Shown here: positions 35,218 to 46,238 of the stretch, piece by piece
How positions within the stretch are numbered: position 1 is the stretch's first letter
Layout of the letters: each line of letters opens with the position of its first letter
Assembly (NCBI GenBank): GCA_964475405.1
Contig: CAYYWX010000002.1
Coordinates: 1 to 64,000 of the forward strand
Length of the DNA stretch: 64,000 bases
Direction: 5' to 3'
DNA from: an uncultured Verrucomicrobiota bacterium
Lineage (GTDB): Bacteria > Verrucomicrobiota > Kiritimatiellia > JAAZAB01
Notes under the pieces: generated by a model
Database searches by the model: none
What the model saw: the letters and a program-made list of their open reading frames with translations, nothing else
What the model was told of the DNA's origin: nothing
Program-made: the position numbers and the translations under genes

Positions 35218-36250
35218 ACTTGCTGATACGCTGAAAAGGTTCCAGGATGGTTTTAAGAGCGGGCGCCTGGGGCATGCCTACCTGATTGTCGGCGACCCGC
35301 GGGGCAACGCCGCGCAACTGGCGGAAAACATCCTGCAAATGCTTTTTTGTAAGGCTCCTTCCGGCAATCCGCCCTGCGGCGCTTGCAACAATTGCCGGCG
35401 GGTGACGAGCCGCATTCATCCGGATGTCGTCTGGATCGAGCCGATTAAAAAGTCGCGCGGCATCCTCGTGGAACAGATTATAGGGGTGATCAGGAATACG
35501 TTTGAAACGACTTTTGAAGGCGGTTGGAAGGCCGTTGTCCTGGTGAGCGCCGAGCGGATGAACAACGAGGCGGCGAACAAGCTGCTCAAGACCCTGGAGG
35601 AGCCGCCGCCGCGCAGTTTATTCCTGCTGCTGACCGACCAGCCGGAGGCGCTTCTGCCGACGATCATTTCCCGCTGTCAAAGGGTGGCGTTGAGCGATTG
35701 CGCGGATGAAGCGGAAGGCGGGCTGCGCTCGGCCGTGGCCGGGATCGCGGCGGGCTTGGGGAGCGGGGGGATTGCCGCGAAACTTTTCCAGGCGCGGGAA
35801 ATGCTGGAGCTCCTGAACGGCATCCGGGACCAGGCCGAAAAAGAGGCGGCCGAATGGCTGGAGCTCAACCAGGTTGGCGACGAGCAGGCCGATGACCTCG
35901 AGAAAATCAGCGAGGCAAGGACCGAGGCGATATATCGCGAAAGGCGCCGGGAGGCGTTGCGCCTGCTGCTCCTGTGGCAGCGGGATGTGCTTTTCGGCGC
36001 GAACGGCCTGGGCGAAGATTTGTTTTTTTTCCGTTCCGAGTCGTCGCAAATCCGCGCGGCGGCCGCCGGTTTGACGGCCTGGCAGGCGATGAATAATGTC
36101 AACGTGGTTGAGGATCTGCAGGCCCAGCTTGACCAGTATTTGTCGGAATTCATGGTGATCGAGAGGGCGTTTCTTAAATTATCCGTCCATTCCGAAACTT
36201 CAGGGCAGGCCGGCGGCAAGGAGGGGCATGTATCGTTTGCTGCAAGTTGA
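35201..36250 (+). CDS. holB: DNA polymerase III subunit delta'
   Basis: HAYLIVG…, a zinc module CGACNNCRRV and LKTLEEPP…SRCQ box motifs. Start set at MPLEGELAD (the longer ORF begins at 35174 and overlaps tmk). Confidence 0.85.
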   Translation: MPLEGELADTLKRFQDGFKSGRLGHAYLIVGDPRGNAAQLAENILQMLFCKAPSGNPPCGACNNCRRVTSRIHPDVVWIEPIKKSRGILVEQIIGVIRNTFETTFEGGWKAVVLVSAERMNNEAANKLLKTLEEPPPRSLFLLLTDQPEALLPTIISRCQRVALSDCADEAEGGLRSAVAGIAAGLGSGGIAAKLFQAREMLELLNGIRDQAEKEAAEWLELNQVGDEQADDLEKISEARTEAIYRERRREALRLLLLWQRDVLFGANGLGEDLFFFRSESSQIRAAAAGLTAWQAMNNVNVVEDLQAQLDQYLSEFMVIERAFLKLSVHSETSGQAGGKEGHVSFAAS

Positions 36251-36896
36251 TTGCGGGGATATTCATTTATGGCAGTGCAACAGTCCTGTCGCGCTTGCGA
36301 TCAACAAGGGCGACGCGTGCATTGTCCAAAAGGAGGGCATCCTGGAATACGGCCACGTGGTCATGGAGTGCCGGAATAATGAGGGAGAAAAGGGCGAAAA
36401 GGGTGAAATCAAGAACGCGCCGACGGTGCTCAGGCGGGCGACGCTGCAGGATCAGGCCGTGGCCAGCGAGAATGTTCTCCTTTCAAAAAACGCCGTCCGT
36501 GTCTGCCAGCAGAAAATCGCCGGATCCAACCTTCCCCTGCGCATGGAGCGCATTCGCTATGCCTTTGACCGGTCGCAATTGACGATCGTGTTCACGGCCG
36601 AGGAAAGGGTTGATTTCCGGCAATTGGTCCATGATTTGTCAACCGAGCTGCATATCAGGGTGGAAATGAAGCAGATCGGCGTGCGTGACGCCACCGCCCT
36701 GCGCGGCGGCCTGGCGACCTGCGGACGGATTGTTTGCTGCAAGGAGTGGCTTAAAAAATTTGACAATATCAACGTGCGCCTGGCAAAAAACCAGGGCCTG
36801 CCGTTGCGGCAATCTTCGATCAACGGCATGTGCGGCCGCCTGAAATGCTGCCTGCGCTTTGAATATTTCGGCGGTAACAACCACAAGGAAGAATAA
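36228..36896 (+). CDS. PSP1 C-terminal domain protein (YaaT/RicT-like)
   Basis: Cys-rich PSP1 signature …GRIVCCKEWLKKF…MCGRLKCCLRFEY. Its position downstream of holB matches the conserved holB-yaaT arrangement. Confidence 0.8.
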   Translation: MYRLLQVDCGDIHLWQCNSPVALAINKGDACIVQKEGILEYGHVVMECRNNEGEKGEKGEIKNAPTVLRRATLQDQAVASENVLLSKNAVRVCQQKIAGSNLPLRMERIRYAFDRSQLTIVFTAEERVDFRQLVHDLSTELHIRVEMKQIGVRDATALRGGLATCGRIVCCKEWLKKFDNINVRLAKNQGLPLRQSSINGMCGRLKCCLRFEYFGGNNHKEE

Positions 36897-37005
36897 ACCG
36901 GATTTTGTCCGGCGGCGCACCGGCGTTATTATCCGGTTAAGCGTCAAGGCAGAGAACCAAAAAAAAGACTTGGCCTTGAACGATAAATAGGGATAATAAG
37001 CCGAT

Positions 37006-37470
37006 ATGTTAAGAATTCTACTCTTGAATGGCCCGAATCTCGGGCGGCTCGGCAAGCGGGAGCCGGCCGTCTATGGAACCGCCACGCTCTCCGACGTGGA
37101 ATGGGCGGTCAAAAGGCGCGCCAAGGAATACAAAGCCAGGGTTGACGCTTTCCAGAGCGACGTGGAGGGAATTCTTGTTTCCAGGATTGGCGCGAGCGAA
37201 GGCAAGTATGACGGGATTATTTTCAACCCCGGCGCTTACACGCACACCAGCATCGCCCTGCGCGACGCGCTGCAATCGGTGCGCGTTCCCTGCGTTGAGG
37301 TGCATATGTCAAATACGGCCGCGCGGGAAGATTTCCGGCGCGTCAGCCACACGGCCGCGGCCTCCCTGGGGCAAATCATGGGGTTCGGCGTTCCGGGCTA
37401 TGAATTGGCCTTGATCGCGTTGGTTGATTATCTTTCGACTCGTTGTAAAAAGGAAAGGCAAAAGAGGTGA
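37006..37470 (+). CDS. aroQ: 3-dehydroquinate dehydratase, type II
   Basis: ILLLNGPNLGRLGKREPAVYG…FNPGAYTHTSIALRDA…HMSN matches type II DHQase. Confidence 0.93.
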   Translation: MLRILLLNGPNLGRLGKREPAVYGTATLSDVEWAVKRRAKEYKARVDAFQSDVEGILVSRIGASEGKYDGIIFNPGAYTHTSIALRDALQSVRVPCVEVHMSNTAAREDFRRVSHTAAASLGQIMGFGVPGYELALIALVDYLSTRCKKERQKR

Positions 37471-37928
37471 ATATGGAACTGAAAGAAGTCAAGCGTATCA
37501 TTGAATTGATGAACGAAAACGGACTGAACGAGTTCGAGCTTGAGGAAAACGGCGTCCGGATAATGATCAAGAAAGGCCAGTCCGGCCAGGTGATCCATAC
37601 CGTCCAGGCGGTCGCGCCGCCGGTTGCGGCTGCCCCGGAATCCAAGCCGGCCGCGACGCCGGCCGCGCCGGCCGCCGACCAGGCCAACATGGTTGAGGTC
37701 AAGGCGCCGTTTGTGGGAACATTTTACCGTTCCCCGTCGCCGGATGCCGAGCCGTATATCAACGAGGGGCAGGAGGTGACGCCCGACACGGTTTTATGCA
37801 TTGTGGAAGCGATGAAGGTCATGAACGAAATCAAGGCGGAAGTGCGCGGCGTCGTGCGCGGTATCCTGGTTGAAAACGCCCATGCGGTTCAATATGGCCA
37901 GCCGTTGTTCAAGATTGAAAAGATATAA
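37467..37928 (+). CDS. accB: Acetyl-CoA carboxylase biotin carboxyl carrier protein
   Basis: Pro/Ala-rich linker followed by a biotinyl domain with the EAMKVMNEI biotinylation motif. Confidence 0.92.
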   Translation: MNMELKEVKRIIELMNENGLNEFELEENGVRIMIKKGQSGQVIHTVQAVAPPVAAAPESKPAATPAAPAADQANMVEVKAPFVGTFYRSPSPDAEPYINEGQEVTPDTVLCIVEAMKVMNEIKAEVRGVVRGILVENAHAVQYGQPLFKIEKI

Positions 37929-37938
37929 CTAATTGGAG

Positions 37939-38042
37939 AGGCACATAGGCAGAAGTGACAAAGGCACAAAGTGACAGGAGCATTTTATTAAATGTTTTGC
38001 TGAAAAAACTTTGCGCCTCTGTGCCTTTGTTGCTATGTGCCT
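37939..38042 (+). promoter_or_regulatory. Long imperfect inverted repeat (stem-loop of about 100 nt) occupying the accB-accC intergenic region and ending 10 bp before the accC ATG
   Basis: Left arm aggcacatag…aaaggcaca…. Right arm reverse-complements to aggcacatag…aaaggcaca…. Loop is roughly 30 nt and AT-rich. No obvious Shine-Dalgarno sequence remains for accC. Confidence 0.5.
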
Positions 38043-38052
38043 GATTTAATAT

Positions 38053-39423
<1,371 letters not shown>

Positions 39424-39442
39424 TTTGTTAAGGAGACAGCAC

Positions 39443-39901
39443 ATGCAGACAAAAAACAATTTCCAGCCTGAACGGGCGGACAAAAAGAAAAATTTCGCCG
39501 ACCCGTATTTCGGCAATGACCGGCCGGATGAGGGTAGTGATCTCGGGGCCATCATGGTGCACCACGGGGTGATTGCCGTGATCGCCCGGATTGCCGCGCT
39601 GAAAGTGCCGGGCGTGGTTGAAATGAACGGCTCCTTTACGGACGGCATCGCCAACATGATCGGCCGGAACAGCAGCGAGCGCGGTGTGCGGGTGGACTTG
39701 CAGGGCCAGAAAGTCCACCTGGAGGTCAACGTCGTCATCGAGTATGGGGCGAAAATCCCCCAGGTGGCCTGGGCCGTTCAAAACGAGGTCCGCCGCGCCA
39801 TTGAAGATATGACCGGCAAAAAAGTAGGGGTTGTTGACGTCTTGGTTCAGGGCGTGAAAATGCCTTCGGAAACAAAGGAACAAGGAGGAGTGAAAATATG
39901 A
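39443..39901 (+). CDS. Asp23/Gls24-family alkaline-shock/envelope-stress protein
   Basis: Asp23 signature (…VIAVIARIAALKVPGV…VHLEVNVVIEYGAKIPQVAWAVQNEV…). Start set at the ATG with an AAGGAG RBS (the ORF tool used an upstream TTG at 39425). Confidence 0.85.
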   Translation: MQTKNNFQPERADKKKNFADPYFGNDRPDEGSDLGAIMVHHGVIAVIARIAALKVPGVVEMNGSFTDGIANMIGRNSSERGVRVDLQGQKVHLEVNVVIEYGAKIPQVAWAVQNEVRRAIEDMTGKKVGVVDVLVQGVKMPSETKEQGGVKI

Positions 39902-40461
39902 GATTTTTACACGGTGTGATGAAATTCGTGATTACGGTTTCGGTCCTGGCGCTGGGCATTTTCTTTTTAGCCGATGTTTTCGGAGTTCAAAACAGCATCG
40001 GCCACCTGCTGCTCGGCGACGCCATCGGCAAATTTGTCACCGGCACCCTGCTGATCTTGATGATCATGCTCTACTGGCTGACAGCCATGAGTTCCGACAC
40101 CAAGGAGCAGTTCCTCTCGTTTGAAAACGAGGGCGGCAGCGTTAATATCCGCGTCAAGGCGGTCAACGAGTTTTTAAAGAAGCTGGCCGATGAATTTGCC
40201 GACATCCTCAATCTGCGGGCCGATATTACCGCTTCGCGCGACGGAAGGATAGAAGTCCAGCTGGATATTGACGTGAAATGCGGGACAAAAATCCAGCAGC
40301 TTTCGCAGGTTCTTCAGCAGCGCGTGCGCGAAAGCATGCGCGAGGGGCTGGGCATCGCCGAAGTTCATTCCATAAAAGTCAATGTGAATGAAATCAGGCA
40401 GGCCGACAAGCCGCCGGCCGAACCCAACGGCCGCTCCGAATGGCAGGATCCCACGGCCTGA
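39898..40461 (+). CDS. Alkaline-shock-response membrane anchor protein (AmaP-like)
   Basis: Two N-terminal TM helices followed by a soluble domain. It sits immediately downstream of Asp23, overlapping it, which is the conserved Asp23 partner arrangement. Confidence 0.65.
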   Translation: MRFLHGVMKFVITVSVLALGIFFLADVFGVQNSIGHLLLGDAIGKFVTGTLLILMIMLYWLTAMSSDTKEQFLSFENEGGSVNIRVKAVNEFLKKLADEFADILNLRADITASRDGRIEVQLDIDVKCGTKIQQLSQVLQQRVRESMREGLGIAEVHSIKVNVNEIRQADKPPAEPNGRSEWQDPTA

Positions 40462-40467
40462 CGCGGA

Positions 40468-41598
40468 TTACAGCCAGCCGGTAACCTTGGCCAGGCAGCG
40501 CGTGTAATGGACAAAATCCGGCCAGGAAACGTCCGGCGGTACGCCGTGATCGCATGACGGGATATATCCGCCGTCCTCAATCACCGGGCGCAGGCGCTCA
40601 ATTTCCGCCTCAATCACCTTTCCTCCCTTGGCCATGGCGCGCTTGTCCACCCCGCCGCGGTAGGCCATGTTTTTGCCGAATTGCTTGCGGAAAGAGTTGA
40701 TGTCATTGCCGGCCGCCACCTCAATCGGGTCACAGGCGTTGATGCCCGCCTCAATCCAGAGCGGGATCAGTTCTCCGATGAATCCGTCTGAATCGCAGGC
40801 ATAAATCGGCACGCCCGCGCCGCGAATGATTTCCCCCCAGCGTTTCCAGGTCGGCAGCAGGAACTTGCGGGCCATGTCCGGCGAAATCATGGAAAAACAT
40901 TTATAAGCCATGTCTTCCGAGATATGCACGCTGTCCGGCTTGAAATGCTTGAAGGTCCCGGCAAGCAGGCGGGCAACATGGTCTTCCCAGAAGGCGATCA
41001 TGTCTTCGGCCAGGGCGGGATCGTCATAAAACAAAATGCACAAGCCTTCAAACCCGACCCATTCGCGCAACTGCCAGAACGGCCCGGAAAAACCGATTTC
41101 AACGAAATAATCGCGGTTTGCCAGTTTTTTGCCGAGCTCCGCGGCGTCCGCCGGAAGACGCGCCGGGTCGTCCGCGTTATAGCGCTTTTTCATGTCCTCC
41201 CAGTCCTTCCGGTTTTCGACCGGGCATTTAATCCAGCTGCGGGTCACGAAATCAATTGCATTGCGCAGGTATTCCACCGTAAATTTCTTGTCAATTTCGC
41301 AGATGTTGCCCTTCCAGTCCTGGACGATCCTCGAGTTTTCTTTTTCCTCAATGGTTTTTTCTTCAAACTGGGGGATCATGCGCTCGACGACCGGAAACCA
41401 GGGGCCGCCGGAAGGCCAGGGCAATTTGCCGCCGGCCTGCCGGTAGGCGTATTCCGCATAGTTGTCAACCTTTTCGGGAGGCAGTCCCTGTTTCAGCCAG
41501 GCTTCCTTTGTGGATTGCCTTCCGCCGCCCGGGCAGAGCGGGATGCGATCGGGTTTTTCAAACAATAATGTTTTCAAGCATCTTTCGCGCTCGTTCAT
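40468..41598 (-). CDS. Uroporphyrinogen-decarboxylase (URO-D) family protein, MtaA/CmuA-like, function unknown
   Basis: Overall URO-D-like TIM-barrel pattern (…CLKTLLFEKPDRIPL…GGVDKRAMAKG…). It is not adjacent to any heme genes. Confidence 0.6.
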   Translation of the reverse strand: MNERERCLKTLLFEKPDRIPLCPGGGRQSTKEAWLKQGLPPEKVDNYAEYAYRQAGGKLPWPSGGPWFPVVERMIPQFEEKTIEEKENSRIVQDWKGNICEIDKKFTVEYLRNAIDFVTRSWIKCPVENRKDWEDMKKRYNADDPARLPADAAELGKKLANRDYFVEIGFSGPFWQLREWVGFEGLCILFYDDPALAEDMIAFWEDHVARLLAGTFKHFKPDSVHISEDMAYKCFSMISPDMARKFLLPTWKRWGEIIRGAGVPIYACDSDGFIGELIPLWIEAGINACDPIEVAAGNDINSFRKQFGKNMAYRGGVDKRAMAKGGKVIEAEIERLRPVIEDGGYIPSCDHGVPPDVSWPDFVHYTRCLAKVTGWL

Positions 41599-41647
41599 GG
41601 TGTCTCCTTTGCATATCTTTCTTGATTTCTTTCAGGCGTTATACTAA

Positions 41648-42559
41648 TTGACTTTACGCCGCGGGGCAATGGACGCGGCGATCAGGAATATGGACAAAAC
41701 GATCATAAAATTGCCGGTCTTCCGGGAAACAAGATTTCGCAATCCGGGTCGTTATGAACGCCAGGCCGGGTTTTGGGTGGACCGTATCAACAGCGCTCGA
41801 TCGGTCCATTTGCCCGCGCACCGCCTGCGCATCCTGGGACAGTATGCGGTTGTGGCAGTGGAGTCGGGCGAAGGAGTGATGTTGACGAAAGACAAAGGGG
41901 TTCATGAAGTTCAATCCGGGGATGTGTTCCTGCTTACGCCCGACGAGCCGACGGCTTATTATCCGCACAAGACCTGGTTCACGCGCTGGATTGTCTGGAA
42001 TGGGCCGGCGGCGCGGCGCCAGGCTGAAGCGGTTGACCTTGACCGGAAAAGACCGGTCTTTTACCAGGCGGCGGATGTCGTCCGTCGGGCGTTTATCGCG
42101 CTGGACAGGCTGATGGATATTGAAGACCGCTCGGCGGTCTTGGAACGCCAGGCCGTGATTTTAAACATGCTGGCCGGATTGCTCCGGGCCGGGCATTCCG
42201 AGGCGTTCATCGGCGACATCAGGTCCAATCTGGATGCCGTGGTGCAGCATATCAGGTGCAACCTAAATACCAGGCTTGCGCCGGGCGAATTGGCGTTGAT
42301 GTGCCATTTGAGCGAGCCGCATTTCCGCAGAATGTTTCGCCGGCATACCGGCCGCAGTCCGATGGAGTTTGTCCTGGCCGAGCGGATTTCCGGCGCCAAG
42401 GCTTTGCTGATCCGCGGCGTTGCCATAAAGCAGGCGGCGCAGGAAATGGGTTTTGCCGACCAGTTTTATTTCATGCGGGTGTTCAAAAAAGTCGCCGGGC
42501 AAACGGCCGGACAATTCATCGCCGCCACGCGGGGTCCGAAAAATCAGCATCCTTGCTGA
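41648..42559 (+). CDS. AraC-family transcriptional regulator (cupin-like N-terminal domain + AraC HTH)
   Basis: C-terminal AraC HTH (…LAPGELALMCHLSEPHFRRMFRRHTGRSPMEFVLAERISGAKALL…MGFADQFYFMRVFKK). Divergent from the DUF1015 operon. Confidence 0.8.
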   Translation: MTLRRGAMDAAIRNMDKTIIKLPVFRETRFRNPGRYERQAGFWVDRINSARSVHLPAHRLRILGQYAVVAVESGEGVMLTKDKGVHEVQSGDVFLLTPDEPTAYYPHKTWFTRWIVWNGPAARRQAEAVDLDRKRPVFYQAADVVRRAFIALDRLMDIEDRSAVLERQAVILNMLAGLLRAGHSEAFIGDIRSNLDAVVQHIRCNLNTRLAPGELALMCHLSEPHFRRMFRRHTGRSPMEFVLAERISGAKALLIRGVAIKQAAQEMGFADQFYFMRVFKKVAGQTAGQFIAATRGPKNQHPC

Positions 42560-42567
42560 ATCGCGGA

Positions 42568-43788
42568 TCAAAACGTGTGGATCAGCAAGGCGTCCCTCAG
42601 CTTGGGCTCAAACCAGGTGCTTTTGGGCGGCATGCATTCCCCGGCGTCGGAAATCGCCAGCAATTGGCTGACGGCCGCCGGATACATTGAAAAAGCGACC
42701 GCCGCCTTGCCGGAGTTGACCCGGTTTTCCAGTTCCTTCGTGCCGTGAATCCCGCCGATAAATTCAAGCCGCTTGTCGGTGCGCGGGTCCTTGATGCCGA
42801 GAATGTGATCAAAGAGTTCCGTCTGCAAAACGCTCACGTCAAGCGCCGCGACCACGTCCGACCTGGCCGGTTTTTTGAGCGGCGTCAATCCCAGCCAGGT
42901 ATTTTTCAGGAACATGCTGATCGTGCCCGCGCGGGAAGGGGACGGGGAGGCGTTTTGATCAATCGCAAATTTTTTTCCGATCGCGGAAAGAAAGTCAGAA
43001 ATTGTTAATTTGCCGAGATCGCGCACGCAGCGGTTATAAGGCAGAATTTCCAGCTGGCTGGCCGGAAACAGGACGGCGAGGAACCAGTTGTATTCGGCCT
43101 GCTCGTCAGCTTCCCCTTCTTGGCCCAATTCCCTGGCGACCCGGACGCCGGCGGCCGCGCGGTGGTGACCGTCGGCGATATAAGCCGCCGGTATTTGATG
43201 GAAGGCCTCAACCATGGGATCGGTTTTTGGCACGGACCAGACAGTATGCCCCACGCCGTCCGGCGCGGTGAAATCATAAAGTGGCGCCTGCTGTTCGGCT
43301 TCCAGGGTCAGCCGGTCAACGGCCGGCTCGTCGCGGAAGATGAGGAAAACCGGGCCGCTGTGGGCCTTCAGCGCGGCGGTATGGTTTTTCCGGTCCTCTT
43401 CCTTTTCAATCCTGGTTTTTTCGTGTTTCTTGATGATGTTTTTTTCGTAGTCGCCGACATGGCAGCAGGCCACGATCCCGTGCTGGCAGCGAGAATTGCG
43501 TTTCAGGCGGTAGATGTAAAAAAACGGCCGGGGATCGCGGATCAGGCTCCCGCGATCCCGCAAGGCGGCAAAATTATCCGCGGCCTTCCGGTATACCGCG
43601 GGGGAATACGGATCGGTATTATCCGGCAGGTCGATTTCCGAGCGGGAAACGTGCAGGAAGCTTAAAGGATTATTGCGCGCCAGGGCGAAAGCCTCGTTGC
43701 GGTCAACGACGTCATAAGGCACGCTTGCCACCTGCTGGCACAGGTCGGCGCGCGGCCGCAAGGCCGGGAAAGGTTTTATTTTAAGCAT
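42568..43788 (-). CDS. DUF1015-family protein, function unknown
   Basis: The N-terminus MLKIKPFPALRPRADLCQQVASVPYDVVDRNEA matches the conserved DUF1015 start. Last gene of a three-gene minus-strand operon. Confidence 0.65.
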   Translation of the reverse strand: MLKIKPFPALRPRADLCQQVASVPYDVVDRNEAFALARNNPLSFLHVSRSEIDLPDNTDPYSPAVYRKAADNFAALRDRGSLIRDPRPFFYIYRLKRNSRCQHGIVACCHVGDYEKNIIKKHEKTRIEKEEDRKNHTAALKAHSGPVFLIFRDEPAVDRLTLEAEQQAPLYDFTAPDGVGHTVWSVPKTDPMVEAFHQIPAAYIADGHHRAAAGVRVARELGQEGEADEQAEYNWFLAVLFPASQLEILPYNRCVRDLGKLTISDFLSAIGKKFAIDQNASPSPSRAGTISMFLKNTWLGLTPLKKPARSDVVAALDVSVLQTELFDHILGIKDPRTDKRLEFIGGIHGTKELENRVNSGKAAVAFSMYPAAVSQLLAISDAGECMPPKSTWFEPKLRDALLIHTF

Positions 43789-43800
43789 GTTTTTACTCTC

Positions 43801-45630
43801 TTAATCCAGGACGTAATCAAGGCGCCAGTTGCCTTTTTCGCTCCAGGGCGGCTGTTCGCGCTTGTCCAGTATGTAATGCCCGAGGACAAGATAATCCATT
43901 TCCGTGCGCATGAAACAGCGGTAAGCGTCCTCCGGCGTGCAGACAATCGGTTCTCCGCGCACGTTGAACGAAGTGTTGATAATGACGGCGCTCCCGGTCA
44001 GTTTTTCAAACTCGGCGATTATCCCGTGAAAGTCGGGGTTTGTCGCGGCGGAAACGGTTTGAATCCGGGCCGAATAATCAACATGGGTTATGGCGGGAAC
44101 ATCGGAGCGGATGGCGTTGATCCGCTCGCGCATGGGCATCGCCGCCGTGTCCGATTTGTTTTTGCAGCGGCTTTCTTTTACCTGGGCGACCAGGAGCATG
44201 TAGGGCGAAGGACGGTCCAGGTTGAAATATTCCTCTTTCTTTTCCTCAAGGCAGGCCGGGGCGAAGGGGCGGAATGACTCGCGGTATTTTATTTTCAGGT
44301 TCATCACCGACTGCATTTTCGGCGAGCGGGCGTCGCCGATGATTGACCGGTTGCCGAGCGCGCGCGGCCCGAATTCCATCCGGCCGTTCAAAAGGCCGAT
44401 GACGTTCTCCCCGGCGATCAGCTTCGCAACCTCTTTTTTCCATTCGCCGGCATCCTTGAAATATTTTGCCGGATAGCCCCTGGCTTCCAGGAAGGACGAG
44501 ATTTCATCCGGCGCGAAATCCGGCCCGAGATAGGAGCCCTTCATTTTGTCATGTTCGCCGTCGGCCGACCTGGGCATGTTTTTTGCCATGTGCCAGACCA
44601 TCAAGGCGGAACCAAGCGCGCCGCCCGCGTCGCCGGCGGCCGGTTGGATCCAGATGTTTTTAAAGGGTCCTTCCCGCAATAACCGTCCGTTGGCGACGCA
44701 GTTCAAGGCGACTCCGCCGGCCAGGCAAAGATTATTTTCCCCGGTCACTCCTTGGGCGTAACGGGACATTTTCAGGACAATTTCCTCGGTCACGACCTGG
44801 ATTGAGCGCGCGATATCCATTTCCCGCTGGGTGATTTCCGACTCCGCCTTGCGGGCCGGGCCATTGAATAATGACGCGAATTTTTCGTTGGTCATGGTCA
44901 AGCCGTCCAGGAAGCCGAAATAATCAAGGTTGAGCCGGAAAGATCCGTCGTCCTTCAACTCAAGCAGGTTATCCATTATGGTATTGAGGTATTTCGGCTC
45001 GCCGTAGGGCGCCAGGCCCATCAGTTTGTATTCGCCGGAATTGACCCGGAAACCGGTAAAGTAAGTGAAGGCGCTGTAGAGCAGGCCGAGCGAATGGGGG
45101 AATTTCATCTCGCGCAGAATCTCAATGCGGTTGTCGATCCCGTGCCCGACCGTGCTGGTGGCCCACTCGCCCACGCCGTCCAGGGTCAGAAGTGCGGCGC
45201 TTTTGAAAGGCGACGGGAAAAACGCGCTCGCGGCATGGGATTGGTGATGCTCGGGGAAATAAAGCGGGTCCTTGATTTTAACGCCGATTTTATTGAAGGT
45301 GGACTCGATGATCAGCGGTATCCATAATTTTTGTTTCAGCCAGAGCGGGGCCGCCATCATGAATGAGCTCAGTCCGCGGGGCGCGACGCTGAAATAAGTC
45401 TGCAATATCCGGTCAAACTTTGAAATAGGCTTGTCATAAAAGGCAACGGCGTCAATTTCGTCGCGGATGCCACCCTCGGCCAGGCAGTATTCCACCGCGC
45501 CGGTCGGGAATCCGGCGTCATGTTTTTTGCGCGAAAATCTTTCCTCCTGGGCCGCGGCGATGATTTCGCCGTCGCGGACGAGCGCCGCGGCGGAGTCATG
45601 GTAATATGCGCTTATGCCTAAAATATTCAT
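43801..45630 (-). CDS. Carbamoyltransferase (NodU/CmcH family)
   Basis: MNILGISAYYHDSAAALVRDGEIIAAAQEERFSRKKHDAGFP… and the C-terminal YrdC/Kae1-like carbamoyltransferase domain. Start set at the internal ATG (MNILGIS). Confidence 0.88.
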   Translation of the reverse strand: MNILGISAYYHDSAAALVRDGEIIAAAQEERFSRKKHDAGFPTGAVEYCLAEGGIRDEIDAVAFYDKPISKFDRILQTYFSVAPRGLSSFMMAAPLWLKQKLWIPLIIESTFNKIGVKIKDPLYFPEHHQSHAASAFFPSPFKSAALLTLDGVGEWATSTVGHGIDNRIEILREMKFPHSLGLLYSAFTYFTGFRVNSGEYKLMGLAPYGEPKYLNTIMDNLLELKDDGSFRLNLDYFGFLDGLTMTNEKFASLFNGPARKAESEITQREMDIARSIQVVTEEIVLKMSRYAQGVTGENNLCLAGGVALNCVANGRLLREGPFKNIWIQPAAGDAGGALGSALMVWHMAKNMPRSADGEHDKMKGSYLGPDFAPDEISSFLEARGYPAKYFKDAGEWKKEVAKLIAGENVIGLLNGRMEFGPRALGNRSIIGDARSPKMQSVMNLKIKYRESFRPFAPACLEEKKEEYFNLDRPSPYMLLVAQVKESRCKNKSDTAAMPMRERINAIRSDVPAITHVDYSARIQTVSAATNPDFHGIIAEFEKLTGSAVIINTSFNVRGEPIVCTPEDAYRCFMRTEMDYLVLGHYILDKREQPPWSEKGNWRLDYVLD

Positions 45631-46094
45631 TAAAATTGCTTTGTTATCTGGTTGTTGTTGAAAGGTTGCTTTGCCTCGTTCCAGTATGTCGTTGCGGCCG
45701 GGTCCCAGGCGCGCTTCATCGGGTCGCGCCTGGCCAGCGAGAGCAGTATCCGGGCGGGCAGGAAGCACAGGTAATAGAACGGCACAAGGAGAAGCCAGGT
45801 CAGGGCCTGTCCCACGCCGTAGGCGAAAATACCGATTATTCGTTCAAAGGCGGCGTAAAGCCTGGGAACAAACAAGCCGCAGAAAAGGATCAGGAGGCCG
45901 ATACCCGCCACGATGCCGGCGAATATGACGCGGTGGAAGACGAAGGCAAACAGGGCCGCGACCGCAAAGGCGATCATGGATTGAACGATGAGTTTCCCCG
46001 GCCCGGAGCCCTGTTGTTTGGCGGCGGGTTGATTGCGTTGATACCGCCACTTCCAGGCCGGCTTGGCTGCAATTTTAATATTTTTTTCAGGCAT
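45630..46094 (-). CDS. Small polytopic membrane protein, unknown function, translationally coupled to the carbamoyltransferase (TAATG overlap)
   Basis: Three to four predicted TM helices. Its stop overlaps the carbamoyltransferase start by 1 nt. Confidence 0.5.
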   Translation of the reverse strand: MPEKNIKIAAKPAWKWRYQRNQPAAKQQGSGPGKLIVQSMIAFAVAALFAFVFHRVIFAGIVAGIGLLILFCGLFVPRLYAAFERIIGIFAYGVGQALTWLLLVPFYYLCFLPARILLSLARRDPMKRAWDPAATTYWNEAKQPFNNNQITKQF

Positions 46095-46238
46095 ATCGTA
46101 TTAACGAATAATTTCGAAAATCACTGTTATCAGAAAAATCTTCTTTTAACAAGCATAATGAATATGAAGAAATATCATGAAATATCCAGTTTGCCAAGTG
46201 AGTTTTAAAAGATAGGGATTGATTTTGCGGCGATTCTA

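Noticed and set aside
40924-41568. 214-aa plus-strand ORF
   Set aside because: It is antisense to the URO-D family gene, which has a consistent family-like sequence over its full length.
45606-46208. 200-aa plus-strand ORF overlapping the small membrane protein gene
   Set aside because: The opposite-strand ORF (45630-46094) has clear TM-helix character and is translationally coupled to the carbamoyltransferase. The plus-strand translation is charged and low in complexity.
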